The notes: generated by a model from the sequence alone, not told the origin. A stretch of 64,000 nt of DNA from Eledone cirrhosa (GCA_964016885.1 OZ024740.1:266538001-266602000), one strand, 5' to 3'; counted from the stretch's first letter, positions 14,632 through 28,395 are shown. Numbers and translations are program-made.

Positions 14632-17055
14632 TGTTCACAGGGACCCGCATCTTAGCAGAGGTGAATATATTGGGAGTCAGTGTGTTACAGTGTTTAGACT
14701 TCTAGGATGAAGTTAAAAAAATTAATAATCAATATTCAATATTAAAGAGGTTAGAGAATTTAAGGTTCAACAGTTTAACATTTTATTATATAATAGTTCC
14801 GATTTGTTCTGTAATTTAAAGGTACTATGTGGCGGTTAAAACACCGGCCGGGCCCCATGGCGAATTAAGCCACGCCGAGTATTTTCATTTACCGAAAGAA
14901 GGGGAAATTTATTTTTCCAAGCACTCCAGGTGAGCTCGTTCGCCAGGGAGCTGGTCGCGCCGCCGCTAAAACCCACCCAACAGTCCGACAGAAAGTTGGA
15001 ACTTTAGAATTTTGCTTAACTCTATCGGATGAAGTTGAAAGAATTCTGAATAACATTATAAAACTAAGGAGTAAGAAGATTGAGAATTGAACAAACAGAA
15101 AATTGAAGATTAAACATTCAAATAACTTCTATGAGGTTTTGGGTTGCGGGGTTTAATTAAATAGAGTCTTTTATGAAGAAACGTTAATTGTATTATGTAG
15201 ATCTGTAATTTATCCTAGTGGGATGTAGAGTACGGGATATAGTCGTGTAATGTTTAATTTTTGTTCTCAGGAGGAGACATTCTAGTGTCGTGTGCTAATG
15301 GGTACAGGTCCCAATGTGAGGAGTAGAAATACATGGATACATAGAAGTGGAATACGTGGAAGAGCCCATTGGTACAGCAGAGGTATAAATATATAAACAT
15401 ATCAATATATAGGTATAAACATGTAAATAAACCAACAAGAGTGGTGTTGGAGTAAGATGGAGAAATCAAGACATAGGAGAATTACAATATAGTCCAGGTT
15501 GCAGTATTTATGTTCCCGGGGGGGGGGGGGGGCAATCCTGTGTCGTGTGCTAAGGGTGCACGCGAGTAAAAGTCCGAATAAGGGAAGTAAAAAGTACATG
15601 GATGTATAGAGGCGCGGCCGGTGTTTTAACCGCCACATAGTACCTTTAAATTACAGAACAAATCGGAACTATTAGATATATCAACCTGAAAGTGTTAAAC
15701 TGTTGAACTTTAAATTTTCTAACCTCTTTAATATGGAATATTGATTATTAATTTTTTAACTTCATCCTATAAGTCTAAACATTGTAACACACTGACCCCC
15801 AATATATTCACCTCTGCTAAGATGCGGGTCCCTGTGAACATTTTCTCGCGCCACTCCTGGCCCGACTGTGGTGTGACATTAATATCGACCTTCCTTCCTC
15901 TCTCTTTCTATCTTCCTTCTTGTAGCCATCAACCATTACTCTTCTACTTCTCTAAGCAAAATTTTAAAGTTCCAACTTTCTGTCGGACTGTTGGGTGGGT
16001 TTTGATGGCGGCGCGACCAGCTCCTTGGCGAACGTGCTCACCTGGAGTGCTTGGAAAAATAAATTTCCCCTTCTTTCGGTAAATGAAAATACTCGGCGTA
16101 GCTTAATTCGCCATGGGGCCCGGGGCGCGGCCGGTGTTTTAACCGCCACAAATTACAGAACAAATTGGAACTATTATATAATAAAATGTTAAACTGTTGA
16201 ACGTTAAATTCTCTAACCTCTTTAATATTGAATATTGATTATTAATTTTTTTAACTTCATCCTAGAAGTCTAAACACTGTAACACACTGACTCCCAATAT
16301 ATTCACCTCTGCTAAGATGCAGGTCCCTGTGAAAATTTTCTCGCGCCACTCCTGGCCTGACTGTGGTCTGACATTAATATCGACCTCTCTTCCTCTTTCT
16401 TTCTATCTTCCTTCTCTCTTCTCTTCCTTCTCTTCTCCCTTCTTCCTGTCTTCCTCCCGCAGACTTATCTTCCTTCCCCCTCTTGCTTGCCTATATCTGA
16501 CCGGTAGTAGTTGCCTTTCTTCTTTTAGCTGACATTAAACCTGGCTTCTCTTCTTCTTTCTTCCCCCTTCTTCTCTCTCCTTCCTTTCTTTCTTTCTTTT
16601 ACCTTGTGTCATGAGATCGACGTTAACTTATGTTCCCATCCCTTTCTGTTCTCGTTTATCTGACCGGTAGTAGCATACTATAAACTTTAGCCACGTCACT
16701 CCAGGTTGACCGGCTGAAGTTGAAGGAACAGAATAGCGGTCACCCTCAGGTCCTCGATTTTCAGCCCCATGGATTTTATCTATTACATTCACGTATTATA
16801 TTTCGAATACCTGATGATATCACCGGATTCATACAGAACCCGGTCATTGAAATGATCATAGTATAATAAACCTTTCAAGGATTTACACAAATCCAGCCTC
16901 CTGTCATTTCATTATAATATTTAACTCCGTAATAGCACCACCAACTACAAAAACAAAGACGGTTGAACTGCCTTACGTTGAGTACTCTCTATATTATTGC
17001 ATTACGATTGACCATACGGAATAGACCAGCTCTATACAGTGGTGAACCTCAAACC
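14632..17055. mobile_element. Non-coding PLE-like element with inverted 5' part, tandem duplication and 3' hammerhead
   Basis: 14632-15020 is inverted relative to 15610-16330; 15620-15920 repeats at 16130-16415. Hammerhead at 16807-16864. The terminal part recurs at 57300-57555. Confidence 0.6.
16807..16864 (+). ncRNA. Hammerhead ribozyme with extended stem II
   Basis: atac-CTGATGA-tatcaccgg...ccggtcatt-GAAA-tgatcat-A-gtat. Stem III is the palindrome ATGATCAT. Near-identical copy at 57310-57367. Confidence 0.8.
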
Positions 17056-17059
17056 TGAA

Positions 17060-17111
17060 TATATATATATATATGCATACACATTCACATACATAGCCAT
17101 ACACACATACA

Positions 17112-17142
<31 letters not shown>

Positions 17143-17545
17143 CATACATACATACATACATACATACATACATACATACATACATACAACCATACGTATA
17201 TACACACGTACATACAAACACATACATACACACATATATACATGCATACATATGCATGCACAATATTAGAAAAATATACACACACCTCTACATATTCACA
17301 CACGCAAATAAATATAAGAAAAAATATATATAAAAAAATATAATAAAGACAAAAGTTGACAGCGATACAGGCAACAAATAAATGAAAAAGCACACGTGGT
17401 AAGCAATACACACAAATGCACGTACACATACATACGTAAAAATAAATGCATACACACACTCTCTCACATAAATATACATATACAAATACATAAACACATA
17501 CATACGCATACACAAATACATACACACACACACACACACATATAC

Positions 17546-17590
<45 letters not shown>

Positions 17591-17691
17591 CACATATATA
17601 TATACACATACACACACATACATACATAGATAGCCATACAATTATACACATACAAAACGTACATATCACAAACACGCACAACCAAATACAA

Positions 17692-17725
<34 letters not shown>

Positions 17726-17781
17726 GTGTGTAAAACTCATTCTTAGATAATTCATATGAACCTTATTTAACTCTAAAATAT

Positions 17782-17830
<49 letters not shown>

Positions 17831-17961
17831 TACACATACATACACATACATACACATACATACTTACTAACATACACATATATACATACACATACGTGCA
17901 CACACACACACATATATACATATACATATATAACTCAATATATATATAGATAGATAGATAT

Positions 17962-18006
<45 letters not shown>
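17060..18006. repeat. Compound (TACA)n/(CA)n/(TA)n/(GATA)n microsatellites
   Basis: Directly visible; (GATA)n at ~17945-18006. Confidence 0.93.
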
Positions 18007-18007
<1 letters not shown>

Positions 18008-18240
18008 TTCTTTATTAGCCACAAGGGCGCAACAAGAAAGGGGACAATACAAAGACATGCCGGGGATTTTACATACAGTCGTGTAAAAAATATAAAAACA
18101 AACAATTTCAACAATCGAAATCCCCAATAGGGGGGAGGCGCCACAAATGGGTTGTTTAATACCCCGTCGATAGAACAACCCTCAACTCAAGGAGCGTGTT
18201 GTGCAAGTGCTCCTTTCTTCCTTTTGCTCTCTTCCTCAAC

Positions 18241-21200
18241 CTACAGGCTTATAAACAGAGAAGGCCCAATCACTCGGGCCATTTTCGCTTCATTCACCCA
18301 CCTTTCAGTAAATTTACTGGGGTGCAGTGCCTCTCTCTCCACCCTGATTCTCCTTCTAAAGTGATACTTAAAGAATGGAATCAATTGTTGTCCGGAGAGA
18401 AAGGCATCTGTCCTCAGTCCTCTCAACCTCGTCCACCATATAACTTCTTTCACCATAGCCACCGTACAGAGGAAAACCGCCTCTCTTTCGTTTTTGAAAG
18501 AGTCTGGCAGTTTGATCCTTACTATGGACTCGGCAGTCAACTGTATTTGTCCCATACGCGACAGCAGTTGTTCTGCATAGTTCCACAGGTCGCTTACGCC
18601 CGGGCAGTGTACAATTGCGTGCAGAACTGTTTCAATGTCCTGCGCACATCTTGGACACGTCCTCTTGGAAGGATCCCTGCCAGGGCGTCCGTGCCTGTAG
18701 ATCTTGTCACGAACCGGTAGAGCTCCTCGGTAGCACTGCCAGGCCAGGGACCTCTGGAAGTTGTCCATAGGTCCCGGGCGGAAAGTCCTACCAAACATAC
18801 TGGTAAGCTCATCGTCTTCGACGCCCAGAGTCTCTCCGAGCACGTCGTCGCCCTTGTAACGTACAATCCCTCTATAGAATGTCGAAGTGGAGTCTCCACT
18901 GATTGCTGCGCCCGCTTGCCAGAGGACTGTGAGCGCCTGAGCGCATTCAATGTGCCAGGCGCCCATCGTTTTCGGTCTTTTCTTCACCCAGGACTGCAGC
19001 TCCGTTAGCGAGACGAGCTGTGGGAAAGCCTGTCTCACAAACGGTGCCCACACCGGTTGGGGGTCGGTGAGGAATACCTGGAGATGCCGCAGCCTCAGCG
19101 CATGTTTGCGCATCATCAGCCACGGCATTCCCAGCCCTCCGTTGGAAGGGTGCTGACAGCAGACGGATCTCCTCACCAGCGGAGCCTGCTTCTTCCACAG
19201 AAACTGGAAGAGCATGCGTTCCATCTTGGCGAGGTGTTCACGGGGACAAGGCACGACAGTCAAGCGGTAGTAGATGACGGACGCTATGAAAGTGTTCGCC
19301 ACCTCCGCTCGACCTTTCAAGGACAGTTTGCACTCTGCCCACTTCTGAGTGAGTGCAAACACCTTGGCCGTGACCTCGTTCCAGTTTTTCTCCACCTGGA
19401 GGTCTGGACCGAACCAGACCCCGAGCAATTTCACCGGTCCGTCCGTCCAGCGTCCAACGACGCTGTCGGATGTCATCGGTTTGCCTCTCCACGTACCGAG
19501 TTGCAAACCGACAGACTTGTCTGGGTTTAGTTTTGCTCCCGTCAGCGTTTCGTATTCTTTCAGTATGTTGCCGATCACCCCGATTTCCGAGGTGCTCGAC
19601 ACCATTACTGTCACGTCGTCGGCATAAGCCGATGCCACTTTGCGCAGTCCCGGTTCTAGGGGGATGCCCTGCAACAGCTCCAATTTCCGCAGTAGTGGCT
19701 CTAGAGTCAATACATACAGAATGGAGGAGAGAGGGCATCCCTGTCGAATGGAACGCGTGATTGCGAACGGCTCCGATAGGTAGCCGTTCACCTTGACCCT
19801 CGAGCAGATGCTGGTGTGCATCGCCTCGATCCATCCTCTGAACACGGGACCGAAACCGGCCGCCTTGAGAACCGCTTCCAAGTATCGATGGTCGACCCTA
19901 TCGAATGCCTTAGACTGATCCAAGTTGATCAGAGCCCCACCGAAGCCGGGTTTACTACCCACCCTCTCTATGATGTATCGCATGAGGTGGAGGTTGTCGT
20001 GTATGGACCTGGTCGGGATTGCACACGTTTGCGCTTTCCCTACCAGGTTCTCGACGACAAGCGCCAACCTCGTCGCTAGCACCTTGGCCAAAATCTTTAA
20101 CTCTGTGTTGAGCAGAGTTATGGGCCTGAAGTTGTTAATTTCGTCCCCCTTGTTCTCGTCTTTCCTGATCAGCGTTACTACGCCCTTGCCTGCAGAACTG
20201 GGAATTCTCCCGTTCTGCTGCCAATTGCAGTAGACGGCTTCGAGGACGCCAGAGAACAAGTCCGGCATGCCTATGTAAAATTCGTAGGGTAGACCATCTA
20301 GACCGGGTGACTTGCGTTTCCCGCAGCGGCCCAGAGCGTCCCGTATCTCAGTGTCCGTGATCGGTCTTTCGCAGAACTCGGCGTCCGTGTTCGAGAGACG
20401 CGGCAGGCCGTCGAGGTATGAACTAAAGTCCATTGCCCCGTTCGGCTCACCGTCGTTCTGCTCAAACAGTCGCGCAAAGTGCCGCTGAAAGGCCGCGCAC
20501 ATTTGCTTGGGGTCAAGTAGCACGCGTCCGTTTTGGTCTTTCAAAGACCGAATCGTGGACTTGTTGCCACTTTTTGCCTCCGCCACTCGGGCCCAGCTGA
20601 CAGCTTTCGCTCCTTCGTTTCCTAGAGCACGTGTTTTGCTTCTGACCACGCAGCCTTCGTGTTTCGCATCGAAGAACTGGTCCAGTGCCGTTCTCGACGC
20701 TAACACTCTAGCCGCGTTGCCACTTCTAAGTGCCTCCTCTACCTTGGCTACTAGTTCTCTTTCTATTCTGTTTTTCTCTAAGGCTAACTCTCTGCTATAC
20801 CCTATCGATTCTATTCTAATTGCTTTCTTGAGAGAGTACCACCATCTATTGTTGACGATGGCTCCCGTTAACTGTTGCTTGACTAGTTTACTTATCCGTT
20901 CACTGTAAGCTTTACGTGCCGGCAACGACACGTTCAGCTTCCAGTATCCGGGACCCTGTCTATGTATTCTATCACGGTTGACTAAGCAGACGACTAACTT
21001 GTGATCTGAATAGGCAACCATGTGCATTCGTGGACAGCTTAACATATCCTTGTCCCTTTCTCTAATGAAGAACCTATCTAAATACGATCTAGATGTCCCA
21101 CTGCGGTTTACCCACGTCCACTGTGGTGCAGTCGGGAAATCCAGTCGATACCTATCGGCCAGTTGGAATTGGCCGATTAAAGTTTTGAGGCTGTTGCACC

Positions 21201-21687
21201 CCGCTCTACTGGGACATGCTCCCACATAGTCCCATCGTGCATCTAGGATACCATTCCAGTCCCCCACTAAAAGTAAGGAGCGAGACGTTCCCAGAAAAGA
21301 CTCTAGACGCTTAAAGAAGTCTGGCCGTGATTGCGATTGCCCGGTCGGGGCATAAACGGCCACCAGTCTGAAGGCTCCACCTCCGATACTGTTCACGTCT
21401 AGGACTACCAGTCTACCCTCCGGGTCCAAGTGTACTTGCTGTACTCCGACGTCCAGGTTCTTCCGAAACATAACAGCCACTCCACCTCCACCTCCTGGCT
21501 GACAGAGAGATGCGTAGATCTCAAAGTCGTCGAAGATAGGGGTTAGTTGCTGCCTGTTGTGGATTCTGGACTCGGTGATGGCTATCACATCCATACTGTG
21601 TGACCTAAGGTCGTTTAAAAGTTGGCCCTGTTTCCAGGGCATCCCTAGGCCACGCACATTCACGGTTCCAACTCGTAAACCAGCCAT
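18241..21687 (-). CDS. LINE ORF2: APE endonuclease, reverse transcriptase and C-terminal zinc-binding domain (Tx1-like), 1148 aa, intact
   Basis: TVNVRG, ITES, VYAPT, GDWN, YLDR, YSDH (APE); KSPGLDG, FRPITLLN, LDQSKAFDRVDH, RQGCPLS, AYADD (RT); CPRC...HAIVHC (C-terminal). Confidence 0.96.
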   Translation of the reverse strand: MAGLRVGTVNVRGLGMPWKQGQLLNDLRSHSMDVIAITESRIHNRQQLTPIFDDFEIYASLCQPGGGGGVAVMFRKNLDVGVQQVHLDPEGRLVVLDVNSIGGGAFRLVAVYAPTGQSQSRPDFFKRLESFLGTSRSLLLVGDWNGILDARWDYVGACPSRAGCNSLKTLIGQFQLADRYRLDFPTAPQWTWVNRSGTSRSYLDRFFIRERDKDMLSCPRMHMVAYSDHKLVVCLVNRDRIHRQGPGYWKLNVSLPARKAYSERISKLVKQQLTGAIVNNRWWYSLKKAIRIESIGYSRELALEKNRIERELVAKVEEALRSGNAARVLASRTALDQFFDAKHEGCVVRSKTRALGNEGAKAVSWARVAEAKSGNKSTIRSLKDQNGRVLLDPKQMCAAFQRHFARLFEQNDGEPNGAMDFSSYLDGLPRLSNTDAEFCERPITDTEIRDALGRCGKRKSPGLDGLPYEFYIGMPDLFSGVLEAVYCNWQQNGRIPSSAGKGVVTLIRKDENKGDEINNFRPITLLNTELKILAKVLATRLALVVENLVGKAQTCAIPTRSIHDNLHLMRYIIERVGSKPGFGGALINLDQSKAFDRVDHRYLEAVLKAAGFGPVFRGWIEAMHTSICSRVKVNGYLSEPFAITRSIRQGCPLSSILYVLTLEPLLRKLELLQGIPLEPGLRKVASAYADDVTVMVSSTSEIGVIGNILKEYETLTGAKLNPDKSVGLQLGTWRGKPMTSDSVVGRWTDGPVKLLGVWFGPDLQVEKNWNEVTAKVFALTQKWAECKLSLKGRAEVANTFIASVIYYRLTVVPCPREHLAKMERMLFQFLWKKQAPLVRRSVCCQHPSNGGLGMPWLMMRKHALRLRHLQVFLTDPQPVWAPFVRQAFPQLVSLTELQSWVKKRPKTMGAWHIECAQALTVLWQAGAAISGDSTSTFYRGIVRYKGDDVLGETLGVEDDELTSMFGRTFRPGPMDNFQRSLAWQCYRGALPVRDKIYRHGRPGRDPSKRTCPRCAQDIETVLHAIVHCPGVSDLWNYAEQLLSRMGQIQLTAESIVRIKLPDSFKNEREAVFLCTVAMVKEVIWWTRLRGLRTDAFLSGQQLIPFFKYHFRRRIRVEREALHPSKFTERWVNEAKMARVIGPSLFISL

Positions 21688-21727
21688 GTTGGTGAAGAAA
21701 AGTTGGAGAAAAAGGACGAAAGGTGCA

Positions 21728-23605
21728 CTTACCTTTTCGTTTCCTGGAGATCGGGTTGTTCAATCTCCATTTGGGTGCTGGATGGGGTGTTGGGTGGGGT
21801 GGGGAAACCTTTCAACAGGACGCGGTTGATGGGTTTGTGGCAGGGGTTGCCCACGTCCTGTGAAAATTTTAATTTTCAGGTCTTTATAGGTTTCCATAGA
21901 AACCCTTATAAGTTTAAGGTGTGGAGACGATTCTGCCTTGACGAAAGTTTTGCCCTCCGTCTCCACCTTGGGGTTTTGGGAGATGACCTCCATCAAACTC
22001 TTGCTGTTTGTGTTGATGTATGCGTATTGTTGTTTGTGTTTTTGTTGTATTGTTTTAGTTTGTTGTTCATCTGGGAGTTTTCTTTTTATGGTGGGTGCTT
22101 GTGTTTGGGGTGGTGTTGGTGCTGGTTTTGCTGATAGGGGGGGTGTTTGACTGTGGTGTTGTTTGTGTTGTTGTTTGTGTCTGTGGTTGTGTGTTGGTGT
22201 TGGTGATTGGAGTTTTGGGGGTTTTGTGGTGTCTCTTTTTTTGTTTTTTGGATTTCCGCGGTTCTCCCTCTTCTTCACTTAAAGAAGGAGAAGCAGCTTC
22301 ATCCGTCGATGAATAATCATCGTCAGGTGTGTGGGGTAAGGGTATGTTGTGTGGTGGTGGTGGTGTTTCGGTATGTGTGTTTGTGGTAGTGTTTGATGGG
22401 GTGGGATGGAGTGGGGATGTGTTCTTCAGGGGTGTTGTCTCTGTTTTTTCTGTTGTTGTTGGTTGAGTGTCTGTTTGTTTTGGTGTGGTTGCTCGTTTCG
22501 TCTGTCGTTGTACTTGTGGTGGTGGTGGTGGTTGTTTTGGTGTTGGTGTTGGTAATAGCGTTTTTTTTATGATGTTGCTGTTGTGTGTTTGTGGACAAGA
22601 GGCTTTTAGGTGAGATGTGCTACCACAGCGAAAGCAGTGAAATTTTCTTCCTTCTACCGAAATGTTTATTTTGTTGCTATTATCAATAACGACTCTTTCG
22701 GGTATTTTGGAGATTCTCTCCGGTTTCATTTGCAACATAATCTCCAAATCGGTGCCCGCCCACCTTTGTCGGATGGATTTTCGTATCGAAAGTATTATGT
22801 TTGTTTCTGGCTCTACGAAGCCAGCGATCCACCAGATGTTAATGCTTGGAGGTATGTTTTTTATTTTTATTTTTTGTGTCCTTTTCCCCATGTATGTAGG
22901 GAAAAAGGTGTATGCTTTTGACACTATTGGTGTCACAGAGTTTTTTGGGGCCAGTGTCTCGCTTTTAAACAGTACGGAAACACTTCCGTACTGTTTTCCT
23001 CGCTGGAGAAAATCGACATTTCCTAGAATCTCCTTGAAAGAATCTTCTATATCTGACTGATTAACAAATGTCGGTTTTCTTGACGAATTTGACACAGTCC
23101 TAAAAGTGACTGATCGGCGGTTTGTGTCTTCCTTTATTTCAAGGGGTGAGTTAATTCTAAACCCACCTCTTTCTTCGAAAGTTACAAATTTTCTCCCTTG
23201 CTGGAGCATATCTCTTGCGTTGGAGATATCAAGATTTATAAAATCTTGTTTCTTGTTGACTGTGTCAGCAAAAGACATTTTCTTTTTTTGTGTGATGTTG
23301 TTGTTAATAATGATGTTATCGTTGTTGGAAATTTTATGTGTAGATGTATCTGTAGAGTTGTTGATGTCTTTTTCATGTGTATGTATGTCAATGGGTTTTT
23401 TTGCCGTGTTTTCCCGTGTGTTATTGTCATTTTTCTCCGCTTCGGCGGTAGAAATTGTAACATTTTCAAATGTTGATATATTTTTTTCTTTTGTGACAGT
23501 ATCTATGGCAACGTCCATAGCAGCAGAAGCAGATATAACGTTAATATCTGCCTCTTTCTCTCTCTTTTCACTATTAACGTTCTCCAGCGTTCTAGTGTTG
23601 CTCAA
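21728..23605 (-). CDS. LINE ORF1 (CCHC zinc knuckle, Pro/Thr-rich tail), apparently frameshifted near 22140 and ~21870
   Basis: ORF 22067-23605 contains CFRCGSTSHLKASC. Overlapping ORF 21760-22278 continues after the G7 run at 22137-22143. A third frame ends with TAA at 21728-21730, just before the ORF2 ATG. The start codon is uncertain (the track uses TTG). Confidence 0.75.
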
Positions 23606-23813
23606 GTTTTTTTTTTACTTTGTAAAATTGGATATTTTAAGACAAACTTTTAAATAAAATTTTCGCCCCTACAGGGGCGAAAAATGGGATTACCACCCAG
23701 CTGACAATTCAGCTTGGGGGTTAATCTACAAAGTGTTGTATTTTTTTCAAACAATTAGATCGGTTTTTTGCATAGAAATTAACAAAAAAACTTACCGGCG
23801 ATATTCCACACGT

Positions 23814-23883
<70 letters not shown>

Positions 23884-23946
23884 TGAGAAAGAACAAAAAT
23901 AATATAAAATAAATATTTTATATATAAAAATTTGACAAGTAATAAA

Positions 23947-24011
<65 letters not shown>

Positions 24012-24354
24012 GAGAGAGAGAGAAAAGGGTATAAATGCCCATAGCAGACCTAGAGCACTCAACAATATCATGGAGCAAAAGATCAATGAAAATATTCATC
24101 AAATCACTATATATAATGATGCACATACATACACCCTAATACAATTATACATACACACACACACACACATAAAATTATATACATACACACACATAAAATT
24201 ATATACATACACACACACACAAAAAAAAACCCAATATATTATCTGCGACCTGATTTTGCGTGTGTGTCATTTTAACGGCTTGACCGCATGCGTTGGGCAG
24301 GAAGCGAAATATTTACTTACTGTAGGAGCTAGCAACCTTATAGTGTGGAAATAA

Positions 24355-24419
24355 GCTGTCTGAAGATTCATTTCTTTCCATTGGAAATTCTCTGGAATGA
24401 TGAAACCGTCGGTAACAGC
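24355..24419 (+). ncRNA. Hammerhead ribozyme
   Basis: gctgt-CTGAAGA-ttcatttc...ggaatgat-GAAA-ccgtcggt-A-acagc. Confidence 0.8.
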
Positions 24420-24604
24420 AATAGAACAGGTGATTATTTAAATCGTTTTTTAATTTATTTAGAGAATTGTTTGATAACCACTTCCTCCGCTATTTTTATA
24501 TTGTTCTGGCATCTCAAATTAGTACCATTGAACCACAAATATTATAAACACCTTGCACATTTCTACAAGTACATAGTGCCTGTTGAAGTATTCATCCACT
24601 TTTA

Positions 24605-25113
<509 letters not shown>

Positions 25114-25713
25114 ATAAGAAACGGAGAATCAGTGATGCGAGGAATAAGATTTATTAGATATATTACAATCGTTTCTCTGGCGACCAGCTCGAGGAACGAT
25201 CGATGCAGTGATCAAACCTGACTCTGAAATCGCAAGATCCTCATATATGTCTCTATTCTACGAAGTAAAATTTCCAAATGTCCAGTTACACTCGCGGCCT
25301 TCACTCGGCAGCTTAGATCCTGTTGTTTTCATCGTATGAGTGGTCAAGAATTGTACACGTCATCGGTATTTCTGGCCCTCACGGCCGTAGTATATTTGGT
25401 TCCTTTCAATTGCCACCTGTCAATCAAAGTTGTTTCTTATATCGGAATTACTACTGTAGGGTGTAAGGGGTTGTATGATTGAACCCGTCGTGTCTTGTCG
25501 CAGCCCTGTCAGCCTGGAGGGTCCCACACCCATGTCCATGTATAGCGCAGGCGTATTAGATATGGGCACTTATACACCCACACCAATCAGATACACACCC
25601 GCAACTGTCTTATATGCGACAATCACAGTAAATATTAAATATTAAATGTGTAGCGAATACTTAGAAAGAACCCTAGATAATCTGTTATTTTAATAAATAT
25701 ATATATATATATA

Positions 25714-28013
25714 TACTAAGAGAAAAAGCAGACCAGAGGTCCAGCAACTTGGAAAGAAACCTGTAGAAGGCTTAGTTAGCCTCAAGCAGCGGACATGGGA
25801 TGGTGAGGTAGTGTGTCTACCCACAGATAAGTCTGGTAGGATGTCGATAGACAGCATGCTGAACTACATCAAGGCTATGCAACCCCACATCACCAACACG
25901 AGCGAAATTACACAACAAACACATGAGGGGAGAGAGATCCTCAACGCTCACATGATGATGTGGACCGACATCGTAAAGCCAAGCAGACGCACTGCCAACA
26001 ACTTCCGGGCGTCTAACAATGACATACCACCCTTGTATGGGCTCCGCAAAGACCATAAGACAGTCGACAACCCGACAACAGGACCACCAACAAGACCTGT
26101 ATGCGGAGCCAATATCGTTAGCAACTACAGGATCTCCTACTTCCTCTCAATGGTTATAGCCCCATAATCAAGATGTCCCCAGATGTATGTGACAGTACAG
26201 AGGATCTCCTCAGCAGAATCAATGACGTGGTATCACTATACCCATACATTAACATTGATTTTTTTTGTGGAAAAATGATCAGTGAGGGTGAGGTGGAGTT
26301 CTGCGACGTCGACACAGATGAACTGGGCTTCCTACTTAGACTTACCTATGACACCGAGTACCTAGACAGCCATGACCTTAGCCGTTTATGCCCCAGTAGA
26401 CCCATAAGAGGTAGACCCCCCACCTTAACCTCAATGGCAAAAAAGACTCCCATTGGAAAGTGGATTGGGTGAACCAAAGCCATACGGACCCCCCAAAACA
26501 ATGATCAGGTAAGAAAAATGGTCGCGCAGGCAATAGGGGCTAGTATTAAAACTACCCTAAAGAGCCATATATTCAAATTCAACGAAAAGATCTACACCCA
26601 AAATGAGGGAGCAGCCATTGGCGCCAGCATAGCTGGTGACGTTGCCAACCTTTTTATGGTATGGTGGGAAAGAAGACTCAAAGTCCTCCTTGATGAGAGC
26701 TCCATAGACCTCATCATGTACTCTCGTTACGTAGAAGATATTAATATAGTAATAAGGACACTCCCACAAGAGAGTACTAACAAATATGATTTAGAATGTA
26801 GAACAATGGAAAGCACCCAGCAGATAGCTAACTCCATACACAAGAGTATAACTGTAACTATCGACTACCCTTCCAAACACCCTAACAATAGACTACCTGT
26901 ATTAGACGCGGAACTTTGGATTAACACTATAGACGAGAGGGCCCAAATTCTCCACTCACACTATGCTAAACCCATGGCCTCCAAATACCTGATACTCAAA
27001 AACTCATCAATGTCCAGTAGTGCTAAGTTTAATATTCTGATCGCAGACTTGGTACGAGTGATGAAGAACGTGTCCCGCATGTGTGACCCAACAGAAATGG
27101 AAAGACACATCCAACACTTCATCAACCGCATGCAGTTCTCTGGCTACAACCAAAGAGACAGAATCAGAGTATACAAAGGAGCCACGGAGAAGTATAAGAT
27201 CCTCATAGAACTGGACATGAAAGGAATTTGCCCATTATACAGGATCAAATCCTGGAATAGCTTAGATAGGACTGAACATAAAATAGGGAAAGCCACCTCA
27301 TAGTACGACAACCAGAGATACCAGAGTGTCATGTTCGTGGACGCTACCCCTGGAGGGAAATTAGCTAACCAATGTAGAAAGGCCCTGAGAAAGACCCACT
27401 TAAAGATTAAAGTGGTAGAAAAGCCAGGAACTACCATAAAATCGCTGATCAGCAAAACATACTCTTTTAAGAAAACCCACTGTACTAATAGGAAATGTGT
27501 TATATGTAAAGTAAACCCCCGGATAAACTGTAAAACTAGAAATGTAGTCTATAGCATAAGATGTACAGAGGGTACTTGCAGAAACATGACAACAACATAC
27601 ATAGGCGAGACAGCTCGAAGCATAGGAGAAAGGATAGACCAACACTGGGGGGAATTAAAAGGACGAAAAAACGGTTCAGTACTAAACGAACACGCCAGAC
27701 AACAACATGACGTTAACATAGACAACATAAAAATTAAAATAATATCTAAACATAGAAATGACCCAGCAGGTAGGCAAATCAGAGAGGTAAGCGAAATAGA
27801 GCTTAGCAAGCAAAAGCTAAACAGAAAAAATGAATGGAATAACAACAACGCCCAAACAATATTGACTTAAGAGAAATATAAATAAATAAATAAATAAATA
27901 TATACACAAGCACAATAACAACAAACACATATAAACACGCACTAGTAAACTAAGATAGAATACAATAACCAAAACACAGTCACTCAAACGCAAACGCATG
28001 CGCAGAGAAGACA

Positions 28014-28060
<47 letters not shown>

Positions 28061-28395
28061 AGATAAAATAAAATAATGATAAAATAAAATAAATAAATAA
28101 AGATAAAATAAAATAATGATAAAATAAAAATGGCGTAGATAGGAGGAACATAATAGTACCACTGATGATGTTGCAGATGTGCAACGAAAGAACTTTGTTA
28201 GACTATATATATGTGTTTATATCTATATTATATCTGTATTTTTGACCGTTGGTCAGTCAATGATAAACATTGAGGACCGAATGAATTAACTGTAGAGATA
28301 TAAAAGACACAGAAGCGAAAACCAACCAAACAGTGAGTGTCTTCTGTTATTATTTCTGGCAATATTATTACAACAATATGACTCTCCTCAAGTAT

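Larger units (their letters stand above)
18007..23813 (-). mobile_element. Near full-length Tx1/L1-clade non-LTR retrotransposon inserted in (GATA)n
   Basis: ORF1 and ORF2 in tandem. The 3' UTR ends AATAAAGAAA+(TCTA)n. (GATA)n lies on both flanks (to 18006 and 23814-23883). Confidence 0.92.

Noticed and set aside
18152-21229. Plus-strand ORFs overlapping LINE ORF2
   Set aside because: They are antisense shadow frames of a GC-richer coding region with no recognisable motifs.
25155-25200. Hammerhead on the minus strand (GAAAcgattgt-A)
   Set aside because: Only the 3' half is present and CUGANGA is missing. Similar half motifs at ~58105, ~60540 and ~61350 were also not called.
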